Positions 11,587 through 25,726 are shown, numbered from the stretch's first letter. The stretch: 64,000 bases of DNA from Chrysomallon squamiferum (GCA_012295275.1 CM022679.1:8122001-8186000); one strand, 5' to 3'. Notes: generated by a model from the letters alone, not told the origin. Translations and numbers: made by a program.

Positions 11587-11689
11587 GTTATTATTAATAT
11601 TGTGTATATATGTTGTGCTGCCTTATGTTACGTTTATTTCATATCATGTGATGGTGTGGTATTTATTTACTGACTTATTTATTTATTTA

Positions 11690-11951
11690 CAGTGGAAGCT
11701 CGGGTTACGAACGCCTCGAAGCACGAACAAATCGGATTACCAACCGTGATTTTGGGCGGTTTAGGAATAATATCCCGAGATACGAACTGCAGCAACGTGC
11801 CACGACAAATTTTCTTTTGACATCGGTTTTGACGACAAAATCTAGTAAAGATAAGAATAGAGAAATGAGAGTGGCGTTCGTGTGTCTGACATCGCTTCGG
11901 CTTCCGTACAATTCTGGAAAGAATTAAGTTTCGTAATACTAGGTTCCACTT
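11690..11951. mobile_element. Non-autonomous Tc1/mariner-pogo-type MITE (~262 bp)
   Basis: Imperfect terminal inverted repeats CAGTGGAAGCTCGGGTTACGAA / rc AAGTGGAACCTAGTATTACGAA (17/22). TA flanks at 11688-89 and 11952-53. GC-richer than surroundings and absent from paralogous sites near 3800, 9965 and 17930. Confidence 0.7.
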
Positions 11952-11962
11952 TATTTATTTAT

Positions 11963-12008
<46 letters not shown>

Positions 12009-12030
12009 TATTATTATTATTATTATTATA

Positions 12031-12078
<48 letters not shown>

Positions 12079-12883
12079 TTTATTTATTCAATTTATTTAT
12101 TTATTTCTGTTCTCTAGCTTATAATAAACTAAGTACCAAATTTACGTCTACATATTTGAGTACAAAAGGCATTTAAGTATGTGTATACTGTTATATAAAC
12201 GAGAAAGAAAACTTGTTTGCATTCCCCTGTTAGATGAAAGATACTTTGTTATCTGTTGCAATTGTTTGAGATCTAGCTAACTGCTTTGGTCTGCACTTTT
12301 TCACATATATGCACGCATGTTGACATTCATATATATGCACTACGTACGTACATACATATAATCCGGTGCCAGTCCGATCCCGAATATTGTCTCTATGCAG
12401 TCTAATCAGACGTGTACATAAGTCAGAGAATATTCAAAATTGTAAAACACACCCATCCACACCCACGCATTTACCCACACATATCCAGTTTCTTTGCGAA
12501 AATGTATAAACTACTGAACTGCTGACAAAAAGAAAAAGAAAAAAAAAATGAAGCTTTTTGTCAACGATAAAGCTGAAAAAGACGAAAGACGTATGTAATA
12601 GATAGCAAGATCCGATTCAAGGAAGATAATATTGTCATAACAGAGTGAATCATACAAGTATCAAGACGTATCATGTTTTCAAGGTGTGTGTTAAATTGAA
12701 AAGGATTTTAACCTACTTAAAAAAAAAAAATAAAACCACAAAAAAAACCCCACACAAAAAAACAACAACAATATTAGTCTCAATATGAACAGTTTACTTC
12801 TTGCTTTTTCAAAATAACACTTACAAATTAATTAGATAAAAACCAAAATGACATATCACTGATGAGTCTCGGAAAATTAGTTA

Positions 12884-12915
<32 letters not shown>

Positions 12916-13119
12916 GAGAGAGAAAGTGACGCAGATGGAAATATATAGATATAGAGACAGGCAGACAGTAAGACCGACAGACACAGGATAGGATAAGATG
13001 GGTACCAGATATGATATCAGATAAATATTGTCTTAAAGAAATCAGCTCTTCAATACTGATTTATTTTCAGACCCAGTTAAATTTATTTACATTATAAACA
13101 AAACAGCAACAAAAATAAG

Positions 13120-13179
<60 letters not shown>

Positions 13180-14885
13180 CAGGAAATAAATAAAAATGTT
13201 GAATATACAAATACATTTTAAAGACCCATGCTTAGTTATTTTCCATCACGGAGCAGTCGCTGTGAGTAATGTTATGTAATAACAAAAATAACTGAATAAA
13301 ATAAACTAATCATTAAACTGACCAAAATATTATCCAAGGAAATACAATAAGAAAATTTATTTTAAACGGTATTAGATAAAATAATTAAACTAAAGTAAAT
13401 AAAATAATAAAATAAACAAACAATTAAGTAAATATAATAATTAAGTATAAGATAAAGTAGAAAAAAAAAATGACAAATCAATCAAATTTAAAAATTTCTA
13501 AATAAATAAATAAAATTAATTTTAAAAGTAAAATAAAACAAAATATAATTGAAAAACAGTATTAAAAACTGAAAATGTAAAATAAAAGAGAAATCATTAT
13601 TTATTTCCAGTTAAAGAACGACACTTCATTCCCAGTTCTTCGAGGAACTCATCAAACCTTTTTTAATTTACCTAATAAATAACAAATGACATGTGAAATT
13701 TTAATATGATTTATTAATAGATTAATATTCCATATACAAAAAAGTATTAATTTATTTATTTAAAAAACTGAAATAAAAAAGCAAGAACAAAGAAAATGAA
13801 AGTAACCTAGATCATTGCATCTAAAATGATTTCACTGTAATTCGTTCTCGAATGTTTCTTACAAAATTTTATTAATAATTCGCGACTAATTTTTCTTATC
13901 ATTTTGCTAATTTTCGTCTTACTCACTTGAAAAGAATTTCATTCATACTTAGTTAAATTATTCACCATTTTAAAAAACAATGTACGAGAAACAGGGTTTG
14001 ACAGTGTAAGGGAGAGAATTCTGGGGTTGAAGACTTAAAAAATAAACACATCTTCAACCATAATACTTTGCCTGGTCTATTATTTCTACATCTGAATTAA
14101 AAATATTCTGTAATCACTAGCAGTAACTAAGAAACTGTCTGTAACTTACTGCTAAAACATTATTCTGAAGTGTGTTTGGTCGGAGGATCAAATCTCCTTG
14201 GTTCTGCATTTAGACTATTTTAAACTATCATTATTACCACACAATACTGTGTGTTTTACTGTCTATGAAAACGTGAATATAAAAGTTATATTGCTGCTAA
14301 TCGAAAAAGAGTAAACTATATATCTCATTAACTTTATGGTCCTGATGAAGACAAATGAAGACATATAAATGCTACTTTTGCATATGTTTTTGTTGGGCGT
14401 TTTTTGTTAAAAATAATTGATGTGGAGAGCCAAAATTATATTTTATTCCTGGATACTGTCAGGTAAGTGAGAACAAAATAATACAACACCTGTAGAATCT
14501 TAAATATTAGTAGGTTAATATGTTAAGAATAAACAAATAATCGGTCTAGTAAGTAACTAATACATTTTTAAATATATACTATATGGACATAGAGATAACA
14601 TTTTCGCAAAATAATGAACCTTAATATAAACTCTTTTCGATGCCGTAGAAAAATAAAAGAAAATACTTGAAATTAATATACATTTCTGAATACAGATGTA
14701 TTTTTGAATTCATTTTGATACTAAAGAAATAATAAAATAAAGTAGTAGAAAGTAATACATACGTTCTTTTATTAAGTGATTATAATCTATATATATTTTA
14801 AATACATTCTCCTCTGTTTAACTGTAGATTTAGATCGTGTCTTTGATGTATTGTAGATTACAATCAAAGGTGAAAGTGTTAGCGT

Positions 14886-16823
14886 TCACGGTGAAGCTGC
14901 AGTCAGTAAAGTGATGTAACACAACGCAAAGCGTGGCGTGAGAAAACCTGCAGAATTCGTCGAGTCTACCAGATCAGTAGTTACCGGCGGATCAGTGTCT
15001 ACCGCCTCTGGAAAGAATTCTGGTCTTTCCCAAGGAGTCACCGGATCTCCCACCACTACGACAAATGACGTCAGAGGTGTCACAAAGCGATACTTCAGAG
15101 ACATTTCCTGAGCCAAGCGTTCATATTTGTTCGCTTCTTCACTTGTTTCCGCTACGGCCATTTTCTTCAAGAGATCTTTAACTTTGAGGTAAGCGTAGAG
15201 TTTACAGATTCTGTCGGAATCTTCTTGCTTAACCAGTTTCGTGTTCACTTTCAGGACAATCTGACCGGTCTTTGTTAATGCAATAACGGTAACATTAATT
15301 GTCTTCGTAGTGTCGTTTATTTTGCCGGCAGTAACGAGCTCAGTGCCGTCAAAATACTGGAGGTATTTGTTCTGTGTCACTTCAGCACTGTCGAAATTAT
15401 AGTTTATGGCGATATTGACCAACACGGGACTTTCTATTTGAGAAAAGAAAGCAGTAAGCTGCTTGTCAGCATCTTGATCGTCGTAAATTCTGACAATGTC
15501 GCCGTTATTGTCCCAAGACAGTTTCTTCAAAAACTCGAAATCTAAATCAAATCCAAAAGCCAGTGAGAATATCGCAATTTGCGTCGTTCCACTGTTTGCT
15601 TTCCGCACGTTGTCTTGAATTGTCTTGAGATCAGTGACCCCTTCAGTGGGTTTTCCATCCGACAGAAACATAATGAGATTAGATCGTGTTCCTGAAAGAC
15701 TGAATGATGTTTGCAGTGAGCGGATGGCCTCCAACAAAGCCGAATTAATGTTTGTGGAACCATCTGCTATTACGTTTTGTTCTACATACTGTTTGGCTAA
15801 TGTAATATTTTCGCTGTTTGCAACTTGTGGTTCTTGGCGCCATTTCCTAACATTTCCATTGAACAAGATTATGTTAAAAACATCTTCTGGCCGGAGCTTG
15901 TCAAATATGATCAAGAGTGATTCTCTTGTACGATTTATTTTATTGCCCGCCATCGATCCACTGATATCTATAAGAAATATAATGTTTTTGTTCAAAGGCG
16001 AAAGATCACTGGGTGCCAGATAGTGAACGAAACAGCCGTTGTTGATGATCATCACTCCTCCGTCTCGTTTCTGGTTCACATCATACTCAACCTCAAATTC
16101 AACGTTCATTCCACTCTGGTTATTGTACATAATTTGCTCTGCAGCTGATGGTTTGTAGTAGATTGTTCTAGAATCGGGAGACTCTCGAAGTTTTACACTG
16201 TCTCCGGAAACTGTCATGTTCTGAGTTCCGTTCCGAAGCTGAAAGTCAAAATGTTTGAAACCTTGTGGTTCCTCAAATTCTGCTTTTAATATAAGATCGC
16301 GAACAATTTGTTGAGGCTGGATAATGAATCTCTGAACGTATCGAGAAAGTTTGCGTTTTAGCAGTTCTTGGTAAGTGAGGTGAATCGAAACCTCAGAATC
16401 AGCCGCCACACTGAAGCTAACCTCATACGCATCCATATCTCTTTTTTCTGATCTTCCGAGTTGATTGATTTGCCAGGCAGTTTGACCTTTTTCTTTTGCA
16501 TCGTCATATTTCTGCGTTTCATTCTTAGGATACAGTTTTCCTGAATAAGCCGATCCATTAATTACCATGTAGAAAGTAGAAATAAACGCAGTTTCTGGAA
16601 TCTGAAACATGATTGACGTGTCTTTGCTTTGATTCCCTCTGTTGATCATGCTGCTGTAGACATTTACGACAGCAAATCTGGACTCAACTTTAGACCAGAT
16701 GTGAAATTCTGTTATTTCAATTTTGTTATCCTCATTATCTGCTTTTCCATTCGAGTTTATCTCTGCCAGAACTGGAGAGAGTAAAATACAGAAACTAAGT
16801 AAATGTAGTGAACGTTTCATCAT
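14886..16823 (-). CDS. ITIH-like secreted VIT+vWA protein, copy A' (intronless, ~645 aa)
   Basis: Intact ORF, ATG at 16823, about 98% nucleotide identity to copy A at offset 14117. MIDAS DISGS/T/D intact. Confidence 0.92.
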   Translation of the reverse strand: MMKRSLHLLSFCILLSPVLAEINSNGKADNEDNKIEITEFHIWSKVESRFAVVNVYSSMINRGNQSKDTSIMFQIPETAFISTFYMVINGSAYSGKLYPKNETQKYDDAKEKGQTAWQINQLGRSEKRDMDAYEVSFSVAADSEVSIHLTYQELLKRKLSRYVQRFIIQPQQIVRDLILKAEFEEPQGFKHFDFQLRNGTQNMTVSGDSVKLRESPDSRTIYYKPSAAEQIMYNNQSGMNVEFEVEYDVNQKRDGGVMIINNGCFVHYLAPSDLSPLNKNIIFLIDISGSMAGNKINRTRESLLIIFDKLRPEDVFNIILFNGNVRKWRQEPQVANSENITLAKQYVEQNVIADGSTNINSALLEAIRSLQTSFSLSGTRSNLIMFLSDGKPTEGVTDLKTIQDNVRKANSGTTQIAIFSLAFGFDLDFEFLKKLSWDNNGDIVRIYDDQDADKQLTAFFSQIESPVLVNIAINYNFDSAEVTQNKYLQYFDGTELVTAGKINDTTKTINVTVIALTKTGQIVLKVNTKLVKQEDSDRICKLYAYLKVKDLLKKMAVAETSEEANKYERLAQEMSLKYRFVTPLTSFVVVVGDPVTPWERPEFFPEAVDTDPPVTTDLVDSTNSAGFLTPRFALCYITLLTAASP

Positions 16824-17277
16824 TATAATTCTCTTCCAACAGTTCTGCAAGTGGAGTTAAACGTCTTACTCTGTTGCCTGTTAAAAGCTTTTTAATAATA
16901 TCAGTGATCCTGTACTCAAGTTTATATCGTTTGTTATTTAAAACAACATTGATACTTAAGGACAGAGAAAGGATAGGCCTAAATAACTGAAATGTTTTCT
17001 TTTTTTGAAAGAGAAACTTGAAACCTTGCATCACGTGCAGCATGAAGCTGATACAAATCTGTTTCCATTAATAGCATATTAACAAGTCAGAAGTCAAATA
17101 AAATGTGAAAACAAGTCTAGTGTTGTTTTGAAGAACGTCTAATTGTATGTATTACATATTGTTGAATATGTATATGCATATGTGTGTGTATGTGTGTGTG
17201 TGTGTGTATATATATATGTATATGTATGAGTATGTATGTATGTATGTATGTATGTATGTATATATTACATATTGTTT

Positions 17278-17703
17278 CTATTCAACAGTTGTCTTGTTAG
17301 CATCGTTTATTTTGCCGGCAGTAACGAGCTCAGTCCCATCAAAATACTGAAGGTATTTGTTCTGTGTCACTTCAGCACTGTCGAAATTGTAGTTTATGGT
17401 GATATTGACCAACACGGGACTTTCTATTTGAGAAAAGAAAGCAGTAACCTGCTTGTCAGCATCTTGATCGTCGTAAATTCTCACAATGTCGCCACTATTG
17501 TCTCAAGATAGTTTCTTCAAAATCTCGAAATCTAAATTAAATCCAAAAGCCAGTGAGAATATCGCAATTTGCGTCGTTCCATTGTTTCCTTTCCGCACGT
17601 TGTCTTGAATTGTGTTGAGATCAGTCACCCCTGCAGAAGGTTGTCCATCAGTCAGAAACATAATGAGATTAGCTCGTGTTCCTGAAATACTGAATGATTC
17701 CAT
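17278..17703 (-). pseudogene. ITIH-like vWA fragment with in-frame TGA (duplicate of 3150-3575)
   Basis: Same boundaries and same TGG>TGA stop (17503-17505) as the fragment at 3150-3575. Confidence 0.88.
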
Positions 17704-17941
17704 TTCAGCTTTCAGCCTTACCTCTATAATGTTTTAATGTAAAACCAAAGAGTCCTAATTTTATTCTTAATTATATAAAATTGTTCTTAAGCTTTATAAA
17801 CTGTTTTTTGATTTGTTGGTTGTTTTTTTTTTTTTTATTATTTCACTTTGTTTAAATGTTATTATTAATATTGTGTATGTTCTGCTGTGCTACGTTACGA
17901 TTATTTAATGTCATGTCATGATGTGGTATTTATTTAATAAC

Positions 17942-17989
<48 letters not shown>

Positions 17990-17991
17990 TA

Positions 17992-18054
<63 letters not shown>

Positions 18055-19151
18055 GATATTCCTCAACTTATAACTGTACATAAACTGACCAAGATACCTA
18101 ATTTACATTTACGAATTTGGATATAAAAGGCTTTTAAATATCTGTAAAATGTCTTATAAAGGAGAAAGAAAACTTGTTTCCATTCCCATCTTAGGTGAAA
18201 AAAACTTTGTCATCTGAGATTCTGCTAACTGCTTTGGTCTGTACTTTTTCTGTGCTTCTGATGAAAATACATGCATACATTTATACATACGTACATAGAC
18301 ACACACACATACATATACGTACTACATTCATACATACGCACATACATACATACATACATACATACATACATACATACATACATACATACATACATACATA
18401 CATACACACACACACAAAAAGACTCTTGATCAGCGATACATATAAAAAGGAAGAAGGGTGTATGTATTTTTATACAAGGAAGATAATATTTTTAAAACTC
18501 AGTGAGTAATACAAGTACCTAGATTTATCACGTTTTTATGGCGTGTGTTAACTAGAAACGATTTTAACTGACATTTTAGAAAAAAATTAGGCTGAATATC
18601 AACAGTTTACTTTTATCTTTTTGAAAAACCTCTTACAAATAAAAGAAATAAAAAGCAAAATTACATATCACTGATGACTTTAAAAAATGGGTAATAAATA
18701 AATAAATAAATGAATAAATAAGAGAGCGAGATATGTAAAATAAATTTAAAAAAACCCCAATAGATTAAATATTAAACTATATAACAACTGTCTTAGGTCA
18801 TCACTCGTGCATCATCCAGGCATTTATGTTCCATTCTAACCAGCACAAAACATCGCTGTATATTTTTTAAACTTCGACGATTCAGTATTTCTCAATGTTA
18901 AACTGTCAAAATAAACTTGGAATAAATCTGAAGTAAGCTCTTTACACAAACCTGACAGTTATTTGTAATTTTAAGTATTTTTATTCCACTCTTTACAAAT
19001 ACAGGATAGGATAAGATAGGTACAAGATATGGTATCAGACAACAAATAAAAATATATGTTGTCTTAAAGAAATCAGCTCTTCAATACTGATTTATTTTCA
19101 GACCCAGTTACATTTATTTACATCATAAAGAAAACAGCAAAAAAAAATCAG

Positions 19152-19227
<76 letters not shown>

Positions 19228-19761
19228 TAAAATTATTAATAATAATATATTAATAATAAAACTGTTTGTGGTTCCCGAATATTGTCTATATGCAAAGTAT
19301 AATCAGACGTATATAAAACAGAGAATATTCTAAATGCTAAAACACACCCACACACACCCACACATTTACCCACACATATCCACTTTCCTTGCGAAAAGGT
19401 ATTACTACTGACTTGCTAACAAACAAACAAAAAAATAAAAAAATAAAAAATAAGAAGTGCTTTTGATCAACGATAAAGGTGTAAAAGAAGAAGGATATAT
19501 ATAATAGATGACAAGTTCTTATATATATTTTTATAAAAGGAAGATAATATTATTATAACTGGGTGAATAATACAAACAAGAAGACGTATCACCTTTTCAA
19601 GGTGCATGTTAAACTGGAAACGATTTTAACCTACTTCAAAATAACACTTAGAAATTAATTAGATAAAAAGCAAATAATAATAATAATAATAATAATATTA
19701 ATAATAATAATAATAATAACAACAACAACAATAAAAAAAATAAAAAATAAAATAAAAATAA

Positions 19762-19792
<31 letters not shown>

Positions 19793-21361
19793 ATACATTT
19801 TAAAGACCCATGCTTACTTATTTTCCATCAAGGAGCAGTCGATGTGAGTAATGATTTGTAATAATAAAAATAACTGAATAAAACAAACAAATAATTAAGT
19901 AAATAAATATAATAATTAAGTATTATATAAAGTAGAAAAAATGACAAATCAATCAAATTTAAAAAAATGAAAATAAATAGATGAAATCAATTTTAAAATT
20001 AAATTAAATAAAACAAAATATAATTGAAAAACAGTATTAAAAACTAAAAATGTAAAATAAAAGAGAAATCATTATTTATTTCTAGTTAAAGAACGACACT
20101 TCATTCCCAATTTTTCAAGGAACTCATCAAACCTTTTTTAATTTACCTAATAAATAACAAATGACATGTGAAATTTTAATATGATTTATTAATAGATTAA
20201 TATTCCATATACAAAAAGTATTAATTTATTTATTTAAAAAAACTGAAATAAAAAAGCAAGAAAAAAGAAAATGAAAGTAACCTAGATCATTGCATCTAAA
20301 ATGATTTCACTGTAATTCGTTCTCGAATGTTTCTCAGAAAATTTTATTAATAATTCGCGACTAATTTTTCTTATCATTTTGCTAATTTTTGACTGGAAAA
20401 TAATTTCATTCACACTTAGTTGAATTATTCATCATTTTAAGAAGCAATGTCCTAGAAACAGCGTATGGCATGACAGTACCTTTAACAGTGTAAGGGAGAG
20501 AATTCTGGGTTTGATCACTTAAAAAAATAACAAATGTTCAGTCATAATACTGTTATCACTAGCAGTAACTAAGACACTGCCTGTGACTTACTGGTAAAAC
20601 ATTGTTCTGAAGTGTGTTTGATCTGAGGATCAAATTTCCTTGGTTCTGCATTTAAACTATTTTTAACTATCATTATTACCACACAATACTGTGTGTTTTA
20701 CTGTGTATGAAAACGTGAATATAAAAGTTCCCTTGCTGCTAATCGAAAAAGAGTAAACTATATCTCTCATTAACTTTATAGTCCTGATGAAGACAAATGA
20801 AGACATATAAATGTTACTTTTCAATATGTTTTTTTGGGGGGTGTTGTTTAAAAAAAATTGATGTGGAGAGCCAAAATTTTATTTTACTTTTCGATACTGT
20901 CATGTAAGTCAGGAAAAATCTATAAAACTTAAAATATTAGTAAGTTACTATGTTAAGAATAAACAAATAATAGTTAATAATAAATGACAAATAAATATTT
21001 AAATATATATTATATCCACAGAGATAACATTTTCGCAAAATAACGAACCTTAATACAAACTCTTTTGGATGCCAAAGAAATAATAAAAGCAAACAGTTGA
21101 AATTAATATACACTTCTGAATATAGATGTATTTTAAATTCATTAAAATCTACATAAAAGTATTTCAGAAATAAAATAAACATAAAATAAACATTTTTTGA
21201 TACTAAAGAAATAATAAAAGCAAGTAATAGTAATAAACGCTGTCTTTTAATAACTGATAATAATCTGGATATATTTTAAATCCACTGTCCTCTGTTTAAC
21301 TGTAGATTTAGATCGTGGTTGATGTACTGTAGGTTAAAATCAGAGGTGAAAGTGTTGGCGT

Positions 21362-23281
21362 TCAAGGTGAAGCTGCAGTCAGTAAAGTGATGTAACACAG
21401 CGCAAAGCGTGGCGTGAGAAAACCTGCAGAATTCGTCGAGTCTACCGGATCAGTGTCTACCGGCTCTGGAACGAATTCCGGTCTTTTCCAAGGTGTCACC
21501 GGATCTCCCACCACTACGACAAATGACGTCAGAGGTGTCACAAAGCCATACTTCAGCGATATTTCCTGAGCCAAGCGTTCATATCTGTCCGCTTCTTCGG
21601 TTGTGTCCGCTACGGCCATTTTCTTCAAGAGATCTTTAACTCTCAGGTAAGCGTAGAGTTTACAGATTCTATCGGAATCTTCTTCCTTGTTCAGTTTCGT
21701 GTTCACATTCAGGACAATCTGACCGGTCTTTGTTAATGCAGTAACGGTTACTTTTATTGTCTTCGTAGTGTCGTTTATTTTGCCGGCAGTAACAAGTTCA
21801 GTGCCGTCAAAATACTGGAGGTACTTGTTCTGTGTCACTTCAGCACTGTCGAAAGTGTAGTCTATGGCGATATTCACCAGCACGGGACTTTCTATTTGAG
21901 AAAAGAAAGCAGTAAGCTGCTTGTCAGCATCTTGATCGTCGTAAATTCTGACAATGTCGCCGTTATTTTCCCAAGACAGTTTCTTCAAAAACTCGAAATC
22001 TAAATCAAATCCAAAGGCCAGTGAGAATATCGCGATTTGTTTCGTTCCATTGTTTGCTTTCCGCACGTTGTCTTGAATTGTCTTGAGATCAGTGACCCCT
22101 TCAGTAGGTTGTCCGTCCGACAGAAACATAATGAGATTAGCTCGTGTTCCTGAAAGACTGAATGATGTTTGCAGTGAGCGGATGGCCTCCAACAAAGCCA
22201 AATTAATGTTTGTTGAACCACCTGCTATTACGTTTTGTTCTACATACTGTTTGGCTGATTTAATATTTTCGCTGTTTGCGACTTGCGGTTCTTGGCGCCA
22301 TTTCGTGACAGTTCCATCGAACAAAATTAAGTTGAAAACATCTTCTGGCCGGAGCTTGTCAAATATGATCAAGAGTGATTCTCTAGTCCGTTTTATTTTA
22401 TTGCCTGACATCGATCCACTGATATCTATAACAAATATAATGTTTTTGTTCAAAGGCGGAAGATCACTGGGTGCCAGAAAGTGAACAAAACAGCCGTTGT
22501 TGATGATCATCACTCCTCCGTCTCGTTTCTGGTTCACATCATACTCAACCTCAAATTCAACGTTCATTCCACTCTGGTTATTGTACATAATTTGCTCTGC
22601 AGCTGATGGTTTGAAGTAGATTGTTCTAGAATCGGGAGACTCTCGAAGTTTTACACTGTCTCTGGAAACTGTCATGTTCTGATTTCCGTTGCGAAGCTGA
22701 AAGTCAAATTGTTTGAAACCTTGTGGTTCCTCAAATTCTGCTTTTAATATAAGATCGCGAACAATTTGTTGAGGCTGGATAATGAATCTCTGAACGTATC
22801 GAGAAAGTTTGCGTTTTAGCAGTTCTTGATAAGTGAGGTGAATCGAAACCTGAGAGTCTGCCGCCACACTGAAGCTAACCTTGTACACATCCATATCTCT
22901 TTTTTCTGATCTTCCGAGTTGATTGATTTGCCAGGCTGTTTGACCTTTTCCTTTTGCATCGTTATATTTCTGTCTTTCACCCTTAGCATACAGTTTTCCT
23001 AAATAAGCCGATCCATTAATCACCATGTAGAAACTAGAAATAAAAGCAGTTTCTGGAATCTGAAACACGATCGATGTGTCTTTGCTTTCATTCCCTCTGT
23101 TGATCATGCTGCTGTAGACATTCACGACTGCGAATCTCGATTCAACTTTAGACCAGATGTGAAATTCTGTTATTTCAATTTTGTTACCCTCATTAGCTGC
23201 TTTTCCATTCGAGTTTATCTCTGCCAGAACTGGAGAGAATAAAATACACAAGGTAAGTAAATGTAGTGAACGTTTCATCAT
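21362..23281 (-). CDS. ITIH-like secreted VIT+vWA protein, copy B' (intronless, ~639 aa)
   Basis: Intact ORF from ATG 23281. Signal peptide, VIT, vWA with DISGS/T/D and hydrophobic tail. Flanks nearly identical to copy B. Confidence 0.92.
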   Translation of the reverse strand: MMKRSLHLLTLCILFSPVLAEINSNGKAANEGNKIEITEFHIWSKVESRFAVVNVYSSMINRGNESKDTSIVFQIPETAFISSFYMVINGSAYLGKLYAKGERQKYNDAKGKGQTAWQINQLGRSEKRDMDVYKVSFSVAADSQVSIHLTYQELLKRKLSRYVQRFIIQPQQIVRDLILKAEFEEPQGFKQFDFQLRNGNQNMTVSRDSVKLRESPDSRTIYFKPSAAEQIMYNNQSGMNVEFEVEYDVNQKRDGGVMIINNGCFVHFLAPSDLPPLNKNIIFVIDISGSMSGNKIKRTRESLLIIFDKLRPEDVFNLILFDGTVTKWRQEPQVANSENIKSAKQYVEQNVIAGGSTNINLALLEAIRSLQTSFSLSGTRANLIMFLSDGQPTEGVTDLKTIQDNVRKANNGTKQIAIFSLAFGFDLDFEFLKKLSWENNGDIVRIYDDQDADKQLTAFFSQIESPVLVNIAIDYTFDSAEVTQNKYLQYFDGTELVTAGKINDTTKTIKVTVTALTKTGQIVLNVNTKLNKEEDSDRICKLYAYLRVKDLLKKMAVADTTEEADRYERLAQEISLKYGFVTPLTSFVVVVGDPVTPWKRPEFVPEPVDTDPVDSTNSAGFLTPRFALCYITLLTAASP

Positions 23282-23708
23282 AATAATTCTCTTCCAACAG
23301 TTCTGCAATTGGAGTTAAACGTCTTACTCTGTTCTCTGTTAAAAGCTTTGTGAAAGTAAAAATTATCTCCTACTCGAATTGATATCTTTTACTGATTACA
23401 GGAAGGACGTTACTGAAGGGAAGAACAGACAAAGGTTATAGCCTAAGGTTATAGAGAAATTTGAAACCTTGTTAATTATAATCTGCAGTTAAAAGCTTAT
23501 ACAAATCATGTTTCCAGCAGTAACATATTAACATAATTCACTTACGCAAGACAGAAACAAGAACAGGGTGTTGTTGTTTTTTTCATTGAGATAATGGGGA
23601 AAAAATAAAATAATAATAATACTGTTAATAATTGTTTAATAATATTGTTTGAGCATATATCTGTGAATGTGCTATTATCACTACTACTACTACTACTGCG
23701 CTGTATAA

Positions 23709-23762
<54 letters not shown>

Positions 23763-23868
23763 GATAAATAAATAAATTAAATATAATAAAAATAATATAA
23801 TATCTGGCATATAAACTTGATATAATTCTATTTTGGTTTTCTATCATATATTTTTGACGATGTTTTTT

Positions 23869-23965
<97 letters not shown>

Positions 23966-24397
23966 GTGTGTATATATTAAATATTCTTGAATAGAAACAA
24001 TCACAGAGTTTCGAATTTAAACATTATAAAAAGGCACTATTCAAAAATTACACACGGTTCACATGGACCATAATATAATAGTATTCTACAGTGTTCTCTA
24101 CACTGTCAGAAATGATTAAAAATCTTAAATAAAAGGGCACTTCTCTATTTCAAGGGGTTCCGGACACCTTGAATCTCCCCTCTAGATCCGCCACACACCC
24201 ACACACACCCACACACAACCATCCAGTTTCCTTTGACAAAACGTATGAGCTGTTGACTTGCTGCCAAAAAAAAAAAAAAAACAAAATAAAACAAACCAGC
24301 ATTTGATTAACGATATAATGCATGTTCTTTTAAAGGTGAGATAAAATGAATAAATAGCAGAATGACATATCACTGGCGAGTCTTTAAAAATGGTTAA

Positions 24398-24570
<173 letters not shown>

Positions 24571-25687
24571 CATCTGAGCTGTTCTCTGCGAAAGGATACT
24601 TCGACTACCAAACACACACAAATACACTCACGCTGGGGCCGATCCAGTTTTTCTGATAAGAAAGTGTCCATGACAAAAAACGGAACCACAACATTATGAA
24701 AATGCACTACTGAAATATTACACACCATTCACGTGGATCATAATATCATGGTGCTACAACAGGAATGCTGCAGAGGTTTTCTACAGTGTTCTATAAATTG
24801 ACAGAAATTTTATGATTAAACAAATCAGTTTGTGAAAATAGTAAATAAAAATAGGACTTTTCAAATGTAAGGGGGAGTGGGCCCGGACACCTAGGTGATC
24901 CCCTCTATATCGGCCTTTGACACACACGCAGGCACACACACCTATCCAGTTCCCTTTGGCAAAGGTATGAAGTTGAATCGTTTCCAAACACCCCCACCCA
25001 CACACACAAAAGAAAAATATAAGAATAAAAATAAAAAAAAACATCTTTTGATCAACGATATAATATATGGCCTTTTGAAGATAAAAATATAAGAAGGAAG
25101 TATGTAATAATAGACGACTAAGTCAGGTATAAAATATTAGTAATCAAGGACGATAGTATTTTATTACTCTGTGAATAATGCTAGTAAAACAAAACTGTCA
25201 CGATTTCAAAGAGAGAGAGAGATGAATATATAAAACAAAGGTTTAAAAAAACAAATTAATAAAAAAAAAAAAAAAAAACATGCATAAACATTAAAGTACC
25301 CATTAACTGTCTTAAATCATCACTCGTGAATCACCCATCCATTTATTTTTTCATTCTAACCAGCTCAAAACATCGCTGTATATTTTTTTAAAGTTCGACG
25401 CTTCAGTATTTCTAAATGTTAAACTTCCTAAATGAACTTGGAACAAATCTGATATATGCCCCTATCCCAAACACTGTAAATTTTTACGCAGACTTCATTT
25501 GTAATTTAAGTATTTTTATTTCACTCTTTCAAACATTGGATACCATAAATGTCAGTACAAGATATGATATCAGACAACAAATAAAAACATAAATGTTGCC
25601 TTAAAGAAATCAGCTCTTCAATAATGATTTATTTTCAGACCCAGTTACATTTATTTACATTATAAACAAAACAGCAACAAAAATAAG

Positions 25688-25726
<39 letters not shown>

